From a virus (lineage: Duplodnaviria; Caudoviricetes), in IMG/VR virus record IMGVR_UViG_3300020042_011280, positions 1 through 43,946 of that record: a stretch of DNA of 43,946 bases; one strand, written 5' to 3'. Shown here piece by piece: positions 1-10,156 of the stretch (its first letter is position 1; every line of letters begins with the position of its first letter). Both the position numbers and the translations under genes were made by a program. The notes under the pieces are model-generated. The model did no database searches. It was not told where the DNA came from and worked only from the letters and a program-made list of their open reading frames with translations.

Positions 1-154
1 CTGAATTGGCATATACGCCAGCAGAGTTAGCTGTAACAAATGCCGAGTTGGCATAAGAGCTTGCAGTATTTGCTCCTGTAAAACCGGAGTTAGCATAAGA
101 TGATGCTGAGTTGGCAACATCGAATGCTGAGTTTGCGTAGACGTTTACTGACAT
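1..154 (-). CDS. N-terminal part of a repetitive virion/fibre-like protein (runs off the window edge)
   Basis: Not in ORF track. ATG at 154 follows the gp7 stop with an AGGA RBS. Translates MSVNVYANSAFDVANSASSYANSGFTGANTASSYANSAFVTANSAGVYANS (14-aa ANSAF..ANSA.SY repeats). Confidence 0.75.
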   Translation of the reverse strand, partial: MSVNVYANSAFDVANSASSYANSGFTGANTASSYANSAFVTANSAGVYANS

Positions 155-170
155 TTTTTTATATTTCCTA

Positions 171-2786
171 TTATAAAGTTATCAATTCACCAACTTCTGT
201 GGTGAAAGGAACTGTTTCTGTAAAGATTATGAACGGCTGTAACGGAGTTGATACAACAACCATTTCTTGTAAATTGGCTGTATTTGTAAATGCAGAAGTT
301 ACTATCAATTCAGTATTATTCGCAATACTACTAATAAATCTAATTTCTGAATTAACAGCAATACTGCTGCCCACAGAAATAATTCCTAAACTTTGCGCTA
401 GAAGAAATTTAGTATTTGTACCTGTTACAAATATGCTACTGTTAACATTGACGGATCCAGAAATGACACTACTTGAATAACTGTTAATTGATATGTTATT
501 TGCTGCAATAATTTCATCAATTCTAAAATCTGCATATTGTTTAAATCCTGCAGGATGAATTAGATTTTTGAACAACTCTTTAAATTTAGAAAATTCAACC
601 TTTGAAGCTAAAATATATGCATAATCAACATAATAATCTCTACCTTGTATTACACGTTCAGAGGCTGAAAGAATACTATCAGAAGAAGTCCAACGACCAG
701 GAAAGGTAACATAACTTGGTTCAACCACAGCATTTGCAGTTGCAGCACCATCACCTTTTTGTGTCAAATCAATTGTTGGTGATGCTTGATATCCTGAACC
801 AGCATTTGTAACCCTAATTTTTATAATTGAACCGGGGTCTTGGTCAGCAGTTGCAAATAAATTTTCACCATCACCCATAAGAGCAACGACTGCAAGATTT
901 GCATTTGCACCAGCAACAGAAGAAACGGTAATTGTTGGTAATTTTGTTTTTTCGTAATTTACACCACCGACTGGTAATAAACCGTGTAGTCCAATGTTTT
1001 TACCACCACCTGTTGTTGTGTACAGAAAATTAACATTAACATTAAGTGATGTATTGGAAGTAATTGTGTTAATATAACGTGATTCACTATTAATCATAAT
1101 TCTATCACCAACACGCAATTCATCTAAGAAAAATGTGTTTGTACCACTAACAGTTACATTTGTGATACCATAAACATTTGCTGTACCAGTAATTCTAGGT
1201 GGTTGTAATTCTACTTGAGCAATTGCACCAACTGAAGATACATTCGTTACGGCTGCAGCTGCACCAAATCCAAAATTCATATTACCTGGATTAGTAAAAT
1301 TCAATTCATCACCAATTTTATAATCAAGACCACCATTGTTAATAGTTATTCTGCCAACAGAACGAGTGTATGAAATATGTTGTTCATCTGAAGCTCCATT
1401 TAAAAACGGTGCCGAATCGGCATCTAAAGTTGGAACAGTTGCGAAGATTGCATTAGCAAACAAAATTGCCACGTTGGTAATTGGCCCAATACTTGTTACA
1501 TTTGAAAATGCTAAAGCATCTATAATTCGTGAACTAACATTCTCCGATATAGCAGTATTTGGAAAACCATAATCTGCTGCATTAATTGTAATTGATTCAT
1601 AGTTGGCAATTCTTGTAGTGTCAACAACAAAAGTATTTGCACTATTTGCACCCGAAGTATCAACAGCATCAATAGCAAGAACCAATGATGCATTTGCAGT
1701 AGCACCAATAAGGTTTACATTCGAACCAGTTTTAAATCCTGCGCCACCGGCAAGGACACGAATTTGGTTAATGAATCCAGAAAACACTTCTGAAACAATC
1801 GCTTCAGCTGTTTCTACTGCACCGCCACCAGTAATGATAACAGGGTCACCAACATTATAACTAGCACCACCTTCAATAACATTAATTGTTGCTATTGTTG
1901 ATATACCAGAAACAAGAATGTTTATTAATTCATCATTATCACCAATGATATTGAGTGTAGCAAATTCACCATTATCAAAATTACCAATAAGTGTTTTATC
2001 ATTTATATATAATTCAAAAGCTGCTTTGGCATTAACAGTTTTTTGAGCAGCTCTTTCAACAATAGCAGATGCACCAGAAGTTGAACCTATTATTTTTCTA
2101 TTTTCTAGCAATGCATAATCAAATTCATTATATAAAATTTCAATTGATGAATTGGCTGCAGGTGCTGTATTAAAAACAACCTTTTTTGATTCAGGTCTAA
2201 CATTGTATCCTGAAGATTGTAATACATCATTTACATAAACTTGAATTTTATCAGTAGTGGCAATTTGTGCCATTTTAAAAACGGTATTGCCTGTTGCCGT
2301 TGCACTAGATGAAGTATTACCGTTTGCAGTATAGGTGCTATACACATCCTGTGAAATACGGAAAGCTTTTTCAATTAACCATTTACCATCAGAGGCTCGA
2401 AGAATACTTGATTTAGGTTTGATGATTTCAACTTCTTCATTGAAAATTAATTTGAAAAGAAGTTTGAAAGATTTTTCGTTACCCTTTGATAGATACAAAG
2501 GTAACATTTGTTTAATTAAAAATGCTTTGTCTACTTTAACATCTTTAGGTAAAAAAGTAGCAAACGTATTAAGAAAGTTATCTTCAAATTGTGTTATTGA
2601 ATAATCAACATCAGAAAGATAACGAAGGTCTTTTGATTTATTAACTAAATCATTATTTTGACCCGTTTGTTTATTTTCTAAAAACTCATAATAAGCTTCC
2701 AAGAAATTAATAAACGTAGGGTATTCATCCCGAACAAACTCAGGTACCTGACGATTAATCAGTAATGATGTTTTTTGTTCAGACAT
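171..2786 (-). CDS. gp7: Baseplate wedge protein, gp7-like
   Basis: N-terminus QVPEFVRDEYPTFINFLEAYYEFLE and C-terminal HPAGFK motif typical of T4-like gp7; GGxGY repeats; directly after gp6. Confidence 0.75.
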   Translation of the reverse strand: MSEQKTSLLINRQVPEFVRDEYPTFINFLEAYYEFLENKQTGQNNDLVNKSKDLRYLSDVDYSITQFEDNFLNTFATFLPKDVKVDKAFLIKQMLPLYLSKGNEKSFKLLFKLIFNEEVEIIKPKSSILRASDGKWLIEKAFRISQDVYSTYTANGNTSSSATATGNTVFKMAQIATTDKIQVYVNDVLQSSGYNVRPESKKVVFNTAPAANSSIEILYNEFDYALLENRKIIGSTSGASAIVERAAQKTVNAKAAFELYINDKTLIGNFDNGEFATLNIIGDNDELINILVSGISTIATINVIEGGASYNVGDPVIITGGGAVETAEAIVSEVFSGFINQIRVLAGGAGFKTGSNVNLIGATANASLVLAIDAVDTSGANSANTFVVDTTRIANYESITINAADYGFPNTAISENVSSRIIDALAFSNVTSIGPITNVAILFANAIFATVPTLDADSAPFLNGASDEQHISYTRSVGRITINNGGLDYKIGDELNFTNPGNMNFGFGAAAAVTNVSSVGAIAQVELQPPRITGTANVYGITNVTVSGTNTFFLDELRVGDRIMINSESRYINTITSNTSLNVNVNFLYTTTGGGKNIGLHGLLPVGGVNYEKTKLPTITVSSVAGANANLAVVALMGDGENLFATADQDPGSIIKIRVTNAGSGYQASPTIDLTQKGDGAATANAVVEPSYVTFPGRWTSSDSILSASERVIQGRDYYVDYAYILASKVEFSKFKELFKNLIHPAGFKQYADFRIDEIIAANNISINSYSSSVISGSVNVNSSIFVTGTNTKFLLAQSLGIISVGSSIAVNSEIRFISSIANNTELIVTSAFTNTANLQEMVVVSTPLQPFIIFTETVPFTTEVGELITL

Positions 2787-4840
2787 TATTGTTTATTATT
2801 TTTTGTTAATGTGGTAACAATTGATGTTGGGTCGGTCTCATCAATTGTAATGATAGTGCTTCTTGTTGATTGAATTATGCCTTTGTCAGCCTCAATCGTC
2901 ATACGAATTAAATTATCAGTTGAACTGACAGCCAAGAATCGTATGTCATTAATAACTATAAGGCCAGTATCATAAAAAATTGTACCAGCACTAGCATTAA
3001 TAATTTGTCTTTGTGCTAATGAATCGTAATAAATGGTTCTTAAAGTACCAATTTTTGCATCAACAACAGCAAGAGCTAAAGCACCAAAACCATCACCACC
3101 AGAAATAGTTACTGTTGCTCGAGTATATTCTGTACCACGATTTGTAACTGTAATTTTTTGAATACGTCCATTTACAATCGTTGCTTCTGCGGTTGCATTG
3201 CTACCATCACCACTAATTGTAACTGTTGGTGCAGTTGTATATCCGGAACCAGGATTAACCACCTGTATTTCGGAAATACCCGTAAATGATTGTGGTGATT
3301 CATCAAATTGTGCGGTTCTTAATGTGCCACCAGTGTCAAACACATCAAACTCAGTTGATGTTAATTTATTTGTAATTGTACCACGGCGTAAAGGTATATT
3401 AAAATTAACATTGTAACTTGCTGATTGATTTAGTAATGGTTCAAAACGGCGTTGAACACGAACTGTTGCTTCTGAACCGAGAATGGAATTGATATCTGTT
3501 CCGTCAATGTTGTCTTGAAGTTTTGATAAGATAAAACTTGCACCAAATTTATTCAAAACTGAATCACGATAAGATATGATAGCATTTCTAATATTCGTTT
3601 TAATTGCTTCTTCAGATAAAACAGTTTTTCTTGGATCATATTGAACAGAAGATGCAACCGACAAATACAAAAATTCAGGGTCACGAATTTCAGCCTGAAC
3701 TGTTACGATAGATTTTGGATCAATAATTTCAGAAATAATACGAGCTTTTTCCAATTCAGAAATAAAATAATTTGTTTTTGGTTTTAATGAAATAAAAACT
3801 TTACCATAAACAGGTTCCGGTTCATCTTCACCACCCCAAACAGATAATGAATCTATACTTGCATATTTTGATTGAATGTATGTTTCATAATCTTTAATTG
3901 TTACCAATCTATTTTGATTAGCATATTGTGCAGCCGCAGAATATTTAATTGAATCTACTGATTCACGGATTGCACCACCACTAGCGACAGCTACAACTTC
4001 AATTGATGTATTGGTAAACCCACCAATAGAAGAATCTGGAATAAATCCATCAACAGAATTTGCAGGTATACCTGAAGTTACAAGATAACTAACACTAACA
4101 GTAGAGCCATCAATAACAGCTTTACCAATTATACCATCACCAAAATAAATCTCATAGTTACCTTTTTTAGATTCTTGTAAAAAATAAACTTGTGATGTTG
4201 ATTCAACATCTAAAATTTCTGTAACTTGATTGTAAACTTGTGTTGCTGAATTACCACTTACATCAGTTACAGTTACAAACAATGTATTTGTGTCAATATT
4301 AGAATCTGGTAAAGTAAAAATAGCTTTTGGATTAGAATTTCTATTGAATGTATAAACGTAATCTACTAATCTACCTTCATAGATTTCTAAATTTTCAAAA
4401 AAGTATGATGAGTTGGATTTTGTTACCGTTGCATCTTCAATTGTAACAAAATTGTATGAGATGTTATCGATTAAATTTGAACTGAAAGTAAAACCTTTAG
4501 GAAGTGTTAAAGTTCCTGGTGTATTGTTTAAAGACGTTACAGTTAAATTTATAATTGATTTAGGTGCAGCATATGAGAACGGAATATAATTTAATGTTTT
4601 AGCATGAGAAACAACAGAATCACGCAATAGTGCAGTATCCATGAATGCCTCATTGGCAACCATGTTTAAATAATAAGCGTTGTAATGGGTGTTGTAAGCC
4701 AGAATATCCAAAAGGATATTTAAACTAGAACCTTCAAAATCATAATCTGTAAATTCAGATTGTTGTTGTAGGTACGACTTTAGATTATTCTTGATTGTAT
4801 CAAAATCAAGGTCTGTAATTTGTAAACGTGCGTTTGCCAT
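2786..4840 (-). CDS. gp6: Baseplate wedge subunit gp6
   Basis: LDFDTIKNNLKSYL..FTDYDFEGS..LLDILAYNTHYNAYYLNM and QNRLVT..DY..VWGGE..YGKVFIS motifs. Confidence 0.93.
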   Translation of the reverse strand: MANARLQITDLDFDTIKNNLKSYLQQQSEFTDYDFEGSSLNILLDILAYNTHYNAYYLNMVANEAFMDTALLRDSVVSHAKTLNYIPFSYAAPKSIINLTVTSLNNTPGTLTLPKGFTFSSNLIDNISYNFVTIEDATVTKSNSSYFFENLEIYEGRLVDYVYTFNRNSNPKAIFTLPDSNIDTNTLFVTVTDVSGNSATQVYNQVTEILDVESTSQVYFLQESKKGNYEIYFGDGIIGKAVIDGSTVSVSYLVTSGIPANSVDGFIPDSSIGGFTNTSIEVVAVASGGAIRESVDSIKYSAAAQYANQNRLVTIKDYETYIQSKYASIDSLSVWGGEDEPEPVYGKVFISLKPKTNYFISELEKARIISEIIDPKSIVTVQAEIRDPEFLYLSVASSVQYDPRKTVLSEEAIKTNIRNAIISYRDSVLNKFGASFILSKLQDNIDGTDINSILGSEATVRVQRRFEPLLNQSASYNVNFNIPLRRGTITNKLTSTEFDVFDTGGTLRTAQFDESPQSFTGISEIQVVNPGSGYTTAPTVTISGDGSNATAEATIVNGRIQKITVTNRGTEYTRATVTISGGDGFGALALAVVDAKIGTLRTIYYDSLAQRQIINASAGTIFYDTGLIVINDIRFLAVSSTDNLIRMTIEADKGIIQSTRSTIITIDETDPTSIVTTLTKNNKQ

Positions 4841-5245
4841 CTATCGGATCCGTTCAAGGAGAAAATTAATTATGACGGGTTGTGTTTGGTTTACAATGAA
4901 GAATTCCAAGTAAACTTTGAACCCATTTTTGTCAAAATCTGCGGTCACATTTATAGCTTTAACAGCAGCCCTAGGCTCATAATTCAAAATAGTCCGCTCT
5001 ATCTCATTTTTTAAAGTGGTTGCCGTAATAGTATCAAGATTTTCAAACAATAATCTGCGAACATTTGAACCAACATCTGGTTGAAATGGTCTTTCATAGT
5101 AGTTTGTGAGTATGAGATTTTTAATCGAATTGACAACAGCCATCGGTCCGATGACTTTATTAATGTCTTTTCTGACTGGATGAATGGTAAAATTCAAATC
5201 CAAGTCTTTGAAATCTCTAACAATATCTGTGGTTACGGTTGCCAT
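4841..5245 (-). CDS. gp25: Baseplate wedge subunit gp25
   Basis: DLDLNF..HP, SIKNLILT..ERPFQPDVGS..LLFE, YEPR motifs. Confidence 0.93.
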   Translation of the reverse strand: MATVTTDIVRDFKDLDLNFTIHPVRKDINKVIGPMAVVNSIKNLILTNYYERPFQPDVGSNVRRLLFENLDTITATTLKNEIERTILNYEPRAAVKAINVTADFDKNGFKVYLEFFIVNQTQPVIINFLLERIR

Positions 5246-5252
5246 ATTCTAT

Positions 5253-6077
5253 TTATGAGTTAAGTCTGGTAAGTAATTTGTCGGAACCAATATAATTATT
5301 AGCAAGATTGGTGTCTAGGGCACCCATATTTGAAAATTCAGCTACAACTCCAAAATCTTTAAGAACCTCACCACTATTTTGAAAAAATTGAACATCATGT
5401 GTTCTTCTAGTAGCAATTAAAGTATTCGCAGTTTGAATGTGTGAAATAATTACGTTTATGGCAGCACCAGACAAACTTGAAACTGCATTGCCAAAAACTA
5501 TTGAAATTGAATTATTCAGAGTAATAAAATCATTATAGATTATTGTATTGTTTGATTCTAATTGTTCATTGATAAACAAGCTGGTAAAACTACCTAAAGC
5601 TGGAGAAGCATTAGAAATTCCGTCAGTTTGATATGTTAAATAAATTAAAAATTTTCCATATCCCAATGCGCTTTGTCTATATGGAAAATCTCCTGCGGCT
5701 GTGCCACCATCTTCAATTAAATTTACAGTAAGATTATCTGTATGAGATTTAAACGAATTCAAAGTTATCATGTAACTATTGGCAGTATTTGCTAATTTTG
5801 CACCTTCACCATAAACAGCAAAAGGAAAAGTAATATTACTTGACGTTGCGGTAATATAAATTAAGTTTGCGTTTGCAGACATTGTTGTATAGACGTTTGC
5901 GGTTGGATTTTTATAATATCCAGCCGTATTAGAATTTGCAAGGTCAGTTACTTGCCACTCATTTGGTAAAAAACTTGGAGATGAATTTAAGTGTTCTATT
6001 GCATCTTCAGATAAAGATAAAATACCTGTATTATTAGCATCAAAATTAAAACCTAATCTTCCATATACGCTTGCCAT
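5253..6077 (-). CDS. Hypothetical virion structural protein
   Basis: 274-aa ORF with AGGA RBS inside the baseplate operon. Confidence 0.65.
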   Translation of the reverse strand: MASVYGRLGFNFDANNTGILSLSEDAIEHLNSSPSFLPNEWQVTDLANSNTAGYYKNPTANVYTTMSANANLIYITATSSNITFPFAVYGEGAKLANTANSYMITLNSFKSHTDNLTVNLIEDGGTAAGDFPYRQSALGYGKFLIYLTYQTDGISNASPALGSFTSLFINEQLESNNTIIYNDFITLNNSISIVFGNAVSSLSGAAINVIISHIQTANTLIATRRTHDVQFFQNSGEVLKDFGVVAEFSNMGALDTNLANNYIGSDKLLTRLNS

Positions 6078-6099
6078 TTTATTTCCTTTTCATAATAAA

Positions 6100-6957
6100 T
6101 TAAACCGTTGCTTTGATTTCACCAGTACCAGCTGGTCTATGTATCAATCGTTTAACATAGTTAAGTATATCAGATTGCCAAATTGCACCACCAATAATTG
6201 TTGAACTATACAACGAAGAAATGTAAGGTGCAAAAACTTTAATACCAAATGTTCCAGTACCTATAGCAAAAACAGAACCAGGAACTGCTATTGGAGCACC
6301 TAACGATAAACCACCAAGCAATGAAACAAAGCCAAAACTACCAGCAAAAACACCACCACCCAATTCGTCACCGGCAGTAAGACTATCACAGGTAATAATA
6401 CCATCAGCAGTCATCGAACCTTTAATATACATATGTGAATCTAAATACAAATGGTCGGCAGCAGCCATTCGAATTGCGCCACCAAAATTTTCATTTGCAG
6501 TAATTGAAATATCATCATCACTAGAAAAACTTATATCACCTTTAACTCTGGTGTTCATTTTTTTAGCAACTTGTAGATTATAATCACCTTTTACATCTAG
6601 ATTATAATCACCACGAACTTCCATGTTGCAATCACCTATAACGGTTACACTACAACGTCCTTGAATTAAAACGCATTTATTTTTAATTGTAATTTCATAG
6701 TCATCACCAAACACTTTATGTACTTGGTCACCATTAGGATGCATTTCAATAAAGGTTAAACTTTTACCGTGTTGTAAACGAACACGTTCACGGGTGGGTG
6801 TATCATCCATTTCAAACAGATGACCACTCTCAGTTTGTTTTGCATCATTGTAAGGATAAAGCGGTTGATAGGATGTGTTTGCAGCTGATTCTGGTTCTGT
6901 CCAACCAGTATCACTTGCGATGCCAGGTATGTTTCCTAATTCTGGTAATATTGCCAT
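6100..6957 (-). CDS. gp5: gp5 C-terminal part (spike beta-helix) as a separate gene
   Basis: YPYN..TESGHLFEMDDTP..ERVRLQH motif followed by VxGD 8-residue beta-helix repeats. Confidence 0.85.
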   Translation of the reverse strand: MAILPELGNIPGIASDTGWTEPESAANTSYQPLYPYNDAKQTESGHLFEMDDTPTRERVRLQHGKSLTFIEMHPNGDQVHKVFGDDYEITIKNKCVLIQGRCSVTVIGDCNMEVRGDYNLDVKGDYNLQVAKKMNTRVKGDISFSSDDDISITANENFGGAIRMAAADHLYLDSHMYIKGSMTADGIITCDSLTAGDELGGGVFAGSFGFVSLLGGLSLGAPIAVPGSVFAIGTGTFGIKVFAPYISSLYSSTIIGGAIWQSDILNYVKRLIHRPAGTGEIKATV

Positions 6958-6958
6958 A

Positions 6959-7864
6959 TTAAAATGCCGGTTTGGTTAATGTTGTAAGTTGGTCGTTCAA
7001 AGCATTTTTATCTGGAAATCCATACTGTGCTAATTTATTTTGGCCAGCATTAGTTAAATCCGAAACAGTAGGATTTTCAGAAGTGTATTGTTGTATTGTG
7101 GTATTGGCTGCATCAAGTTCAGATTGACTAACAGGAACTAAAATACCAGCTGTTGCAGCAATAGGAATTTCAATTGCTAATGCTGCTACCTCTGTCACCT
7201 TACTTATCGTTTCTCCAGTCGCTTGAGCCGCTTCTTTTGCGGCCTCAATCAAATCTGAAAATCCACCTTCACCATCAGTACCACCTAAACCACTTGTTGC
7301 TTCTGATATGATATCACTAAAAACACTTTTAATTAATTTTAATAATCTTTCTAAACAATCTGCAAGTAGTTTTAATAAAGCAGCTGGCAAACTTAAAAGC
7401 CATTGTATAAGAGCACGAAGTTTTGTGATATAAGCTAAAACATATTTTTGAAAATCAATGATTGGTTGAATAATTTCTTTATTAATTCTTTTCAATTCAG
7501 CCGCAAAGGCTTTTAGTTTGTTTATGATGTATGAAAATTTACCTGTTCTATCACTTAAACCTAAAAGTTTCATTATTTTTTGAATGGCTTCTCTTATGAA
7601 TCTACCAATAGCCTTAGTATACTTTTTCAGAGAAATATTTTTTTGCATTTCGGAAATGAAATCGCAAACGTGTGACCGTTTTTTATTTGTTGCATCAATA
7701 ATTGTACCGTCAACTCTACCAAACGCACAACTTGGAGTGTTTGATGGTTCTCCAGATTGTGGCGTATCGCCTGTGCGAACACATTGTGGTGGCGCATTTT
7801 CTTTTGCTAATCCATTAACAACAATTATACCTCCACGGTTTACTGGAAAAGTTTCAAGCGCCAT
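6959..7864 (-). CDS. Hypothetical helical protein between the two gp5 parts
   Basis: 301-aa ORF with its own GAGG RBS; long amphipathic helical middle section. Confidence 0.7.
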   Translation of the reverse strand: MALETFPVNRGGIIVVNGLAKENAPPQCVRTGDTPQSGEPSNTPSCAFGRVDGTIIDATNKKRSHVCDFISEMQKNISLKKYTKAIGRFIREAIQKIMKLLGLSDRTGKFSYIINKLKAFAAELKRINKEIIQPIIDFQKYVLAYITKLRALIQWLLSLPAALLKLLADCLERLLKLIKSVFSDIISEATSGLGGTDGEGGFSDLIEAAKEAAQATGETISKVTEVAALAIEIPIAATAGILVPVSQSELDAANTTIQQYTSENPTVSDLTNAGQNKLAQYGFPDKNALNDQLTTLTKPAF

Positions 7865-7879
7865 TTAAATTAATCCTCA

Positions 7880-8179
7880 TCATTTTATTAATCCTGGTAG
7901 AACACCCATCATAACAGGTATTTGAGCTTGTTCACCATCCATAAAAAATCCAAGAACCCAATCACCAACTCTTGGTGCTGAAAAATTCTTTGAATTGTTA
8001 AGTGGTATTAAGGCTTGAGCCCAAGGTAAATCCGCTGTCGGTAATATAACAGGATTTTCGTTATGCCACCCAAAAATACGGACTTGACAACGACCAACAC
8101 CCATTGGGTCAACACGATTTTCAATGGCGCCAATCCACCATATAAATCCATTTTTACCTATAAAATTTGTATTCATCAC
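7880..8179 (-). CDS. gp5: gp5 N-terminal OB-fold as a stand-alone gene
   Basis: FIWWIGAIENRVDPMGVGRCQVRIFGWH..LPWA..GDWVLGFFMDG..Q.P.MMG is the gp5 OB-fold signature. Confidence 0.88.
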   Translation of the reverse strand: MMNTNFIGKNGFIWWIGAIENRVDPMGVGRCQVRIFGWHNENPVILPTADLPWAQALIPLNNSKNFSAPRVGDWVLGFFMDGEQAQIPVMMGVLPGLIK

Positions 8180-9507
8180 AGTTTTATTGCTGTTAACAAA
8201 TCACCTGTTAGTTGTTTAAAGAAAGGTCTGTTTGTAGAATCTGCGGCCACTTCAATGATTGTTTCATGCATATCACCTTTAATCATTTGTCTTGCTGCTG
8301 TAACTATATATTTACCACTCAGGGTTTCATCAATGGCTTCACCAGCGTCCGGCTTTAATGATTTTACTGGCATTTTTAAATTAATTATAGCACCAGAAGT
8401 GATACCAAAATTACCAGGTAAATTCAGATGAATTGTTGTCTGTAACAAGTTTGCAAATATGGGAGCTCTTTGGAACACATATGCATGAGTATCATCAATA
8501 ATTGTTCCTGTTCTTGGATCATTTTTTTGAACCCAAGGTGTTGTACCACGAAAAGATTGAAATGCATACAATGAAATTTTAGAATCAAACATCTGCGCTG
8601 AATCTTTATTTTGTTTATTAACGGCACCTGTAAAATTTGGATATTTGTTCAGATGTGCATCAGTTTTACCATATGTTTGTTGAAAATCTATTTTATTAAT
8701 ATTAACTTTTCTTGTTAGTGTGTCTATACCAATAAATTTACCCGCATAAACACCGTTTTTTATATTTTCAATTAAATCGGTTGAACCAACTACTTTAGCT
8801 TCACGAGCACCATAAAACTCTTTAGCACCCGAAGTGAGGAGATTTTTTGGTTCAAAATTAATATCCATTATTGGTGGAGTTTTAATCAATTCTGATAATG
8901 AAACAAAATTGTATCCATACTTATTTTCAAAAAATAAAAAATTAGGTAAAGATTCGGAATTAATTGCTTTCTTACTCAACCAATCCATTGTGTCGAATGG
9001 TGATAAACCTGGAACAACCACGGTATGCACACCTTTTGTTGTTCCTATTTTTCTTATTCTACTACTAGAAACCGAAAGATATTTTTTTAAAACAACATTA
9101 ACAATATCACTATATGCACCAGTAAATGATTGATTAATTTTTTGTTGCTCTGAATATATCAATTCATCAGAAGCAAAATATAAAATATAAGCTTCAGAAT
9201 TTTGATTTATGTTTTCTCTTCCACTTAGTTTATAAATTCTAAATGTTTTTTTAAATGTTGTTGCGCCACCCGATTCGTCACCTTTTGTGATTTCCATTGA
9301 GATGTATTCACTACCATCCAATATAAGTTTATTACATAAACCAATTGCATCTTGAATCAAAATATCACCACGAACACAAGGCATAAACACACTATCATAT
9401 ATGTTTATTTCTTGATAAATGCCCGTGATATTTACGCTACCCAATTTTGTGATAAGTGTTAAATCCTTTATCTTAAATTGAGTTGATTGTGTTAGATTAA
9501 GACTCAT
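8176..9507 (-). CDS. Putative baseplate hub protein (gp27-like by position)
   Basis: 443 aa between gp53 and gp5; C-terminal LPGN..SG.Y.VT..H pattern of hub/tail-D-like proteins. Confidence 0.5.
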   Translation of the reverse strand: MSLNLTQSTQFKIKDLTLITKLGSVNITGIYQEINIYDSVFMPCVRGDILIQDAIGLCNKLILDGSEYISMEITKGDESGGATTFKKTFRIYKLSGRENINQNSEAYILYFASDELIYSEQQKINQSFTGAYSDIVNVVLKKYLSVSSSRIRKIGTTKGVHTVVVPGLSPFDTMDWLSKKAINSESLPNFLFFENKYGYNFVSLSELIKTPPIMDINFEPKNLLTSGAKEFYGAREAKVVGSTDLIENIKNGVYAGKFIGIDTLTRKVNINKIDFQQTYGKTDAHLNKYPNFTGAVNKQNKDSAQMFDSKISLYAFQSFRGTTPWVQKNDPRTGTIIDDTHAYVFQRAPIFANLLQTTIHLNLPGNFGITSGAIINLKMPVKSLKPDAGEAIDETLSGKYIVTAARQMIKGDMHETIIEVAADSTNRPFFKQLTGDLLTAIKL

Positions 9508-10148
9508 GTGGTAAATACACTTTTTAATTCTTGTTCAAGTGCATATGCAAATTCAGGTTTCAAAATTTTGATTTGCCTTTTCGTTTCATTTTCATCAATT
9601 TCATATGTGTAATACGATATTGATTCTTTAGATGTATCAATTTTAATTTCATTACCATCACTAAGTATTTTATTAGTTGATGAAGTAACTACATTGGCAT
9701 ATGTATTAGCATCAACACGAACTTTCTTTTCAGAATAATCACCTGTTCTTATTGTTGTTCTTTTTTCAACAGAATAATAAGAATGTGTATTTTCTTGAGA
9801 CCACATTAGACCGGTTTGACCGGCAGCTGTGTTCGCATTTGCAGTATATTTGTCATTAATGAATGTCGTTAGTGTTCTATATTCCAAAGGCCAGTCATAT
9901 TGTGCATCAATAATATCATTCATCATCAAAACAATCCAATGACGTTCTGGTGAATCATAAATTTTTGAAGCTATAATTTCTGGTGTGTCATTTTCTTGAA
10001 CATTATATTTTTCATAAATTGATGTATTTTCTTTGAATGATTGTTCAAGTGAAAACCGAGATATGATGTTTGTAACAACATCAACACTATAAGGTGTATC
10101 CTCCAAACTATAATAAGTCTTAGGAAATTTACTGAAATATTTTGCCAT
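9504..10148 (-). CDS. gp53: Baseplate wedge subunit gp53
   Basis: YFSKFP..Y; LysM-like DTPEIIASKIYD..HWIVLMMNDIID..WP; NE.KRQIKILKP. Confidence 0.9.
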   Translation of the reverse strand: MAKYFSKFPKTYYSLEDTPYSVDVVTNIISRFSLEQSFKENTSIYEKYNVQENDTPEIIASKIYDSPERHWIVLMMNDIIDAQYDWPLEYRTLTTFINDKYTANANTAAGQTGLMWSQENTHSYYSVEKRTTIRTGDYSEKKVRVDANTYANVVTSSTNKILSDGNEIKIDTSKESISYYTYEIDENETKRQIKILKPEFAYALEQELKSVFTT

Positions 10149-10156
10149 AGATTAAG

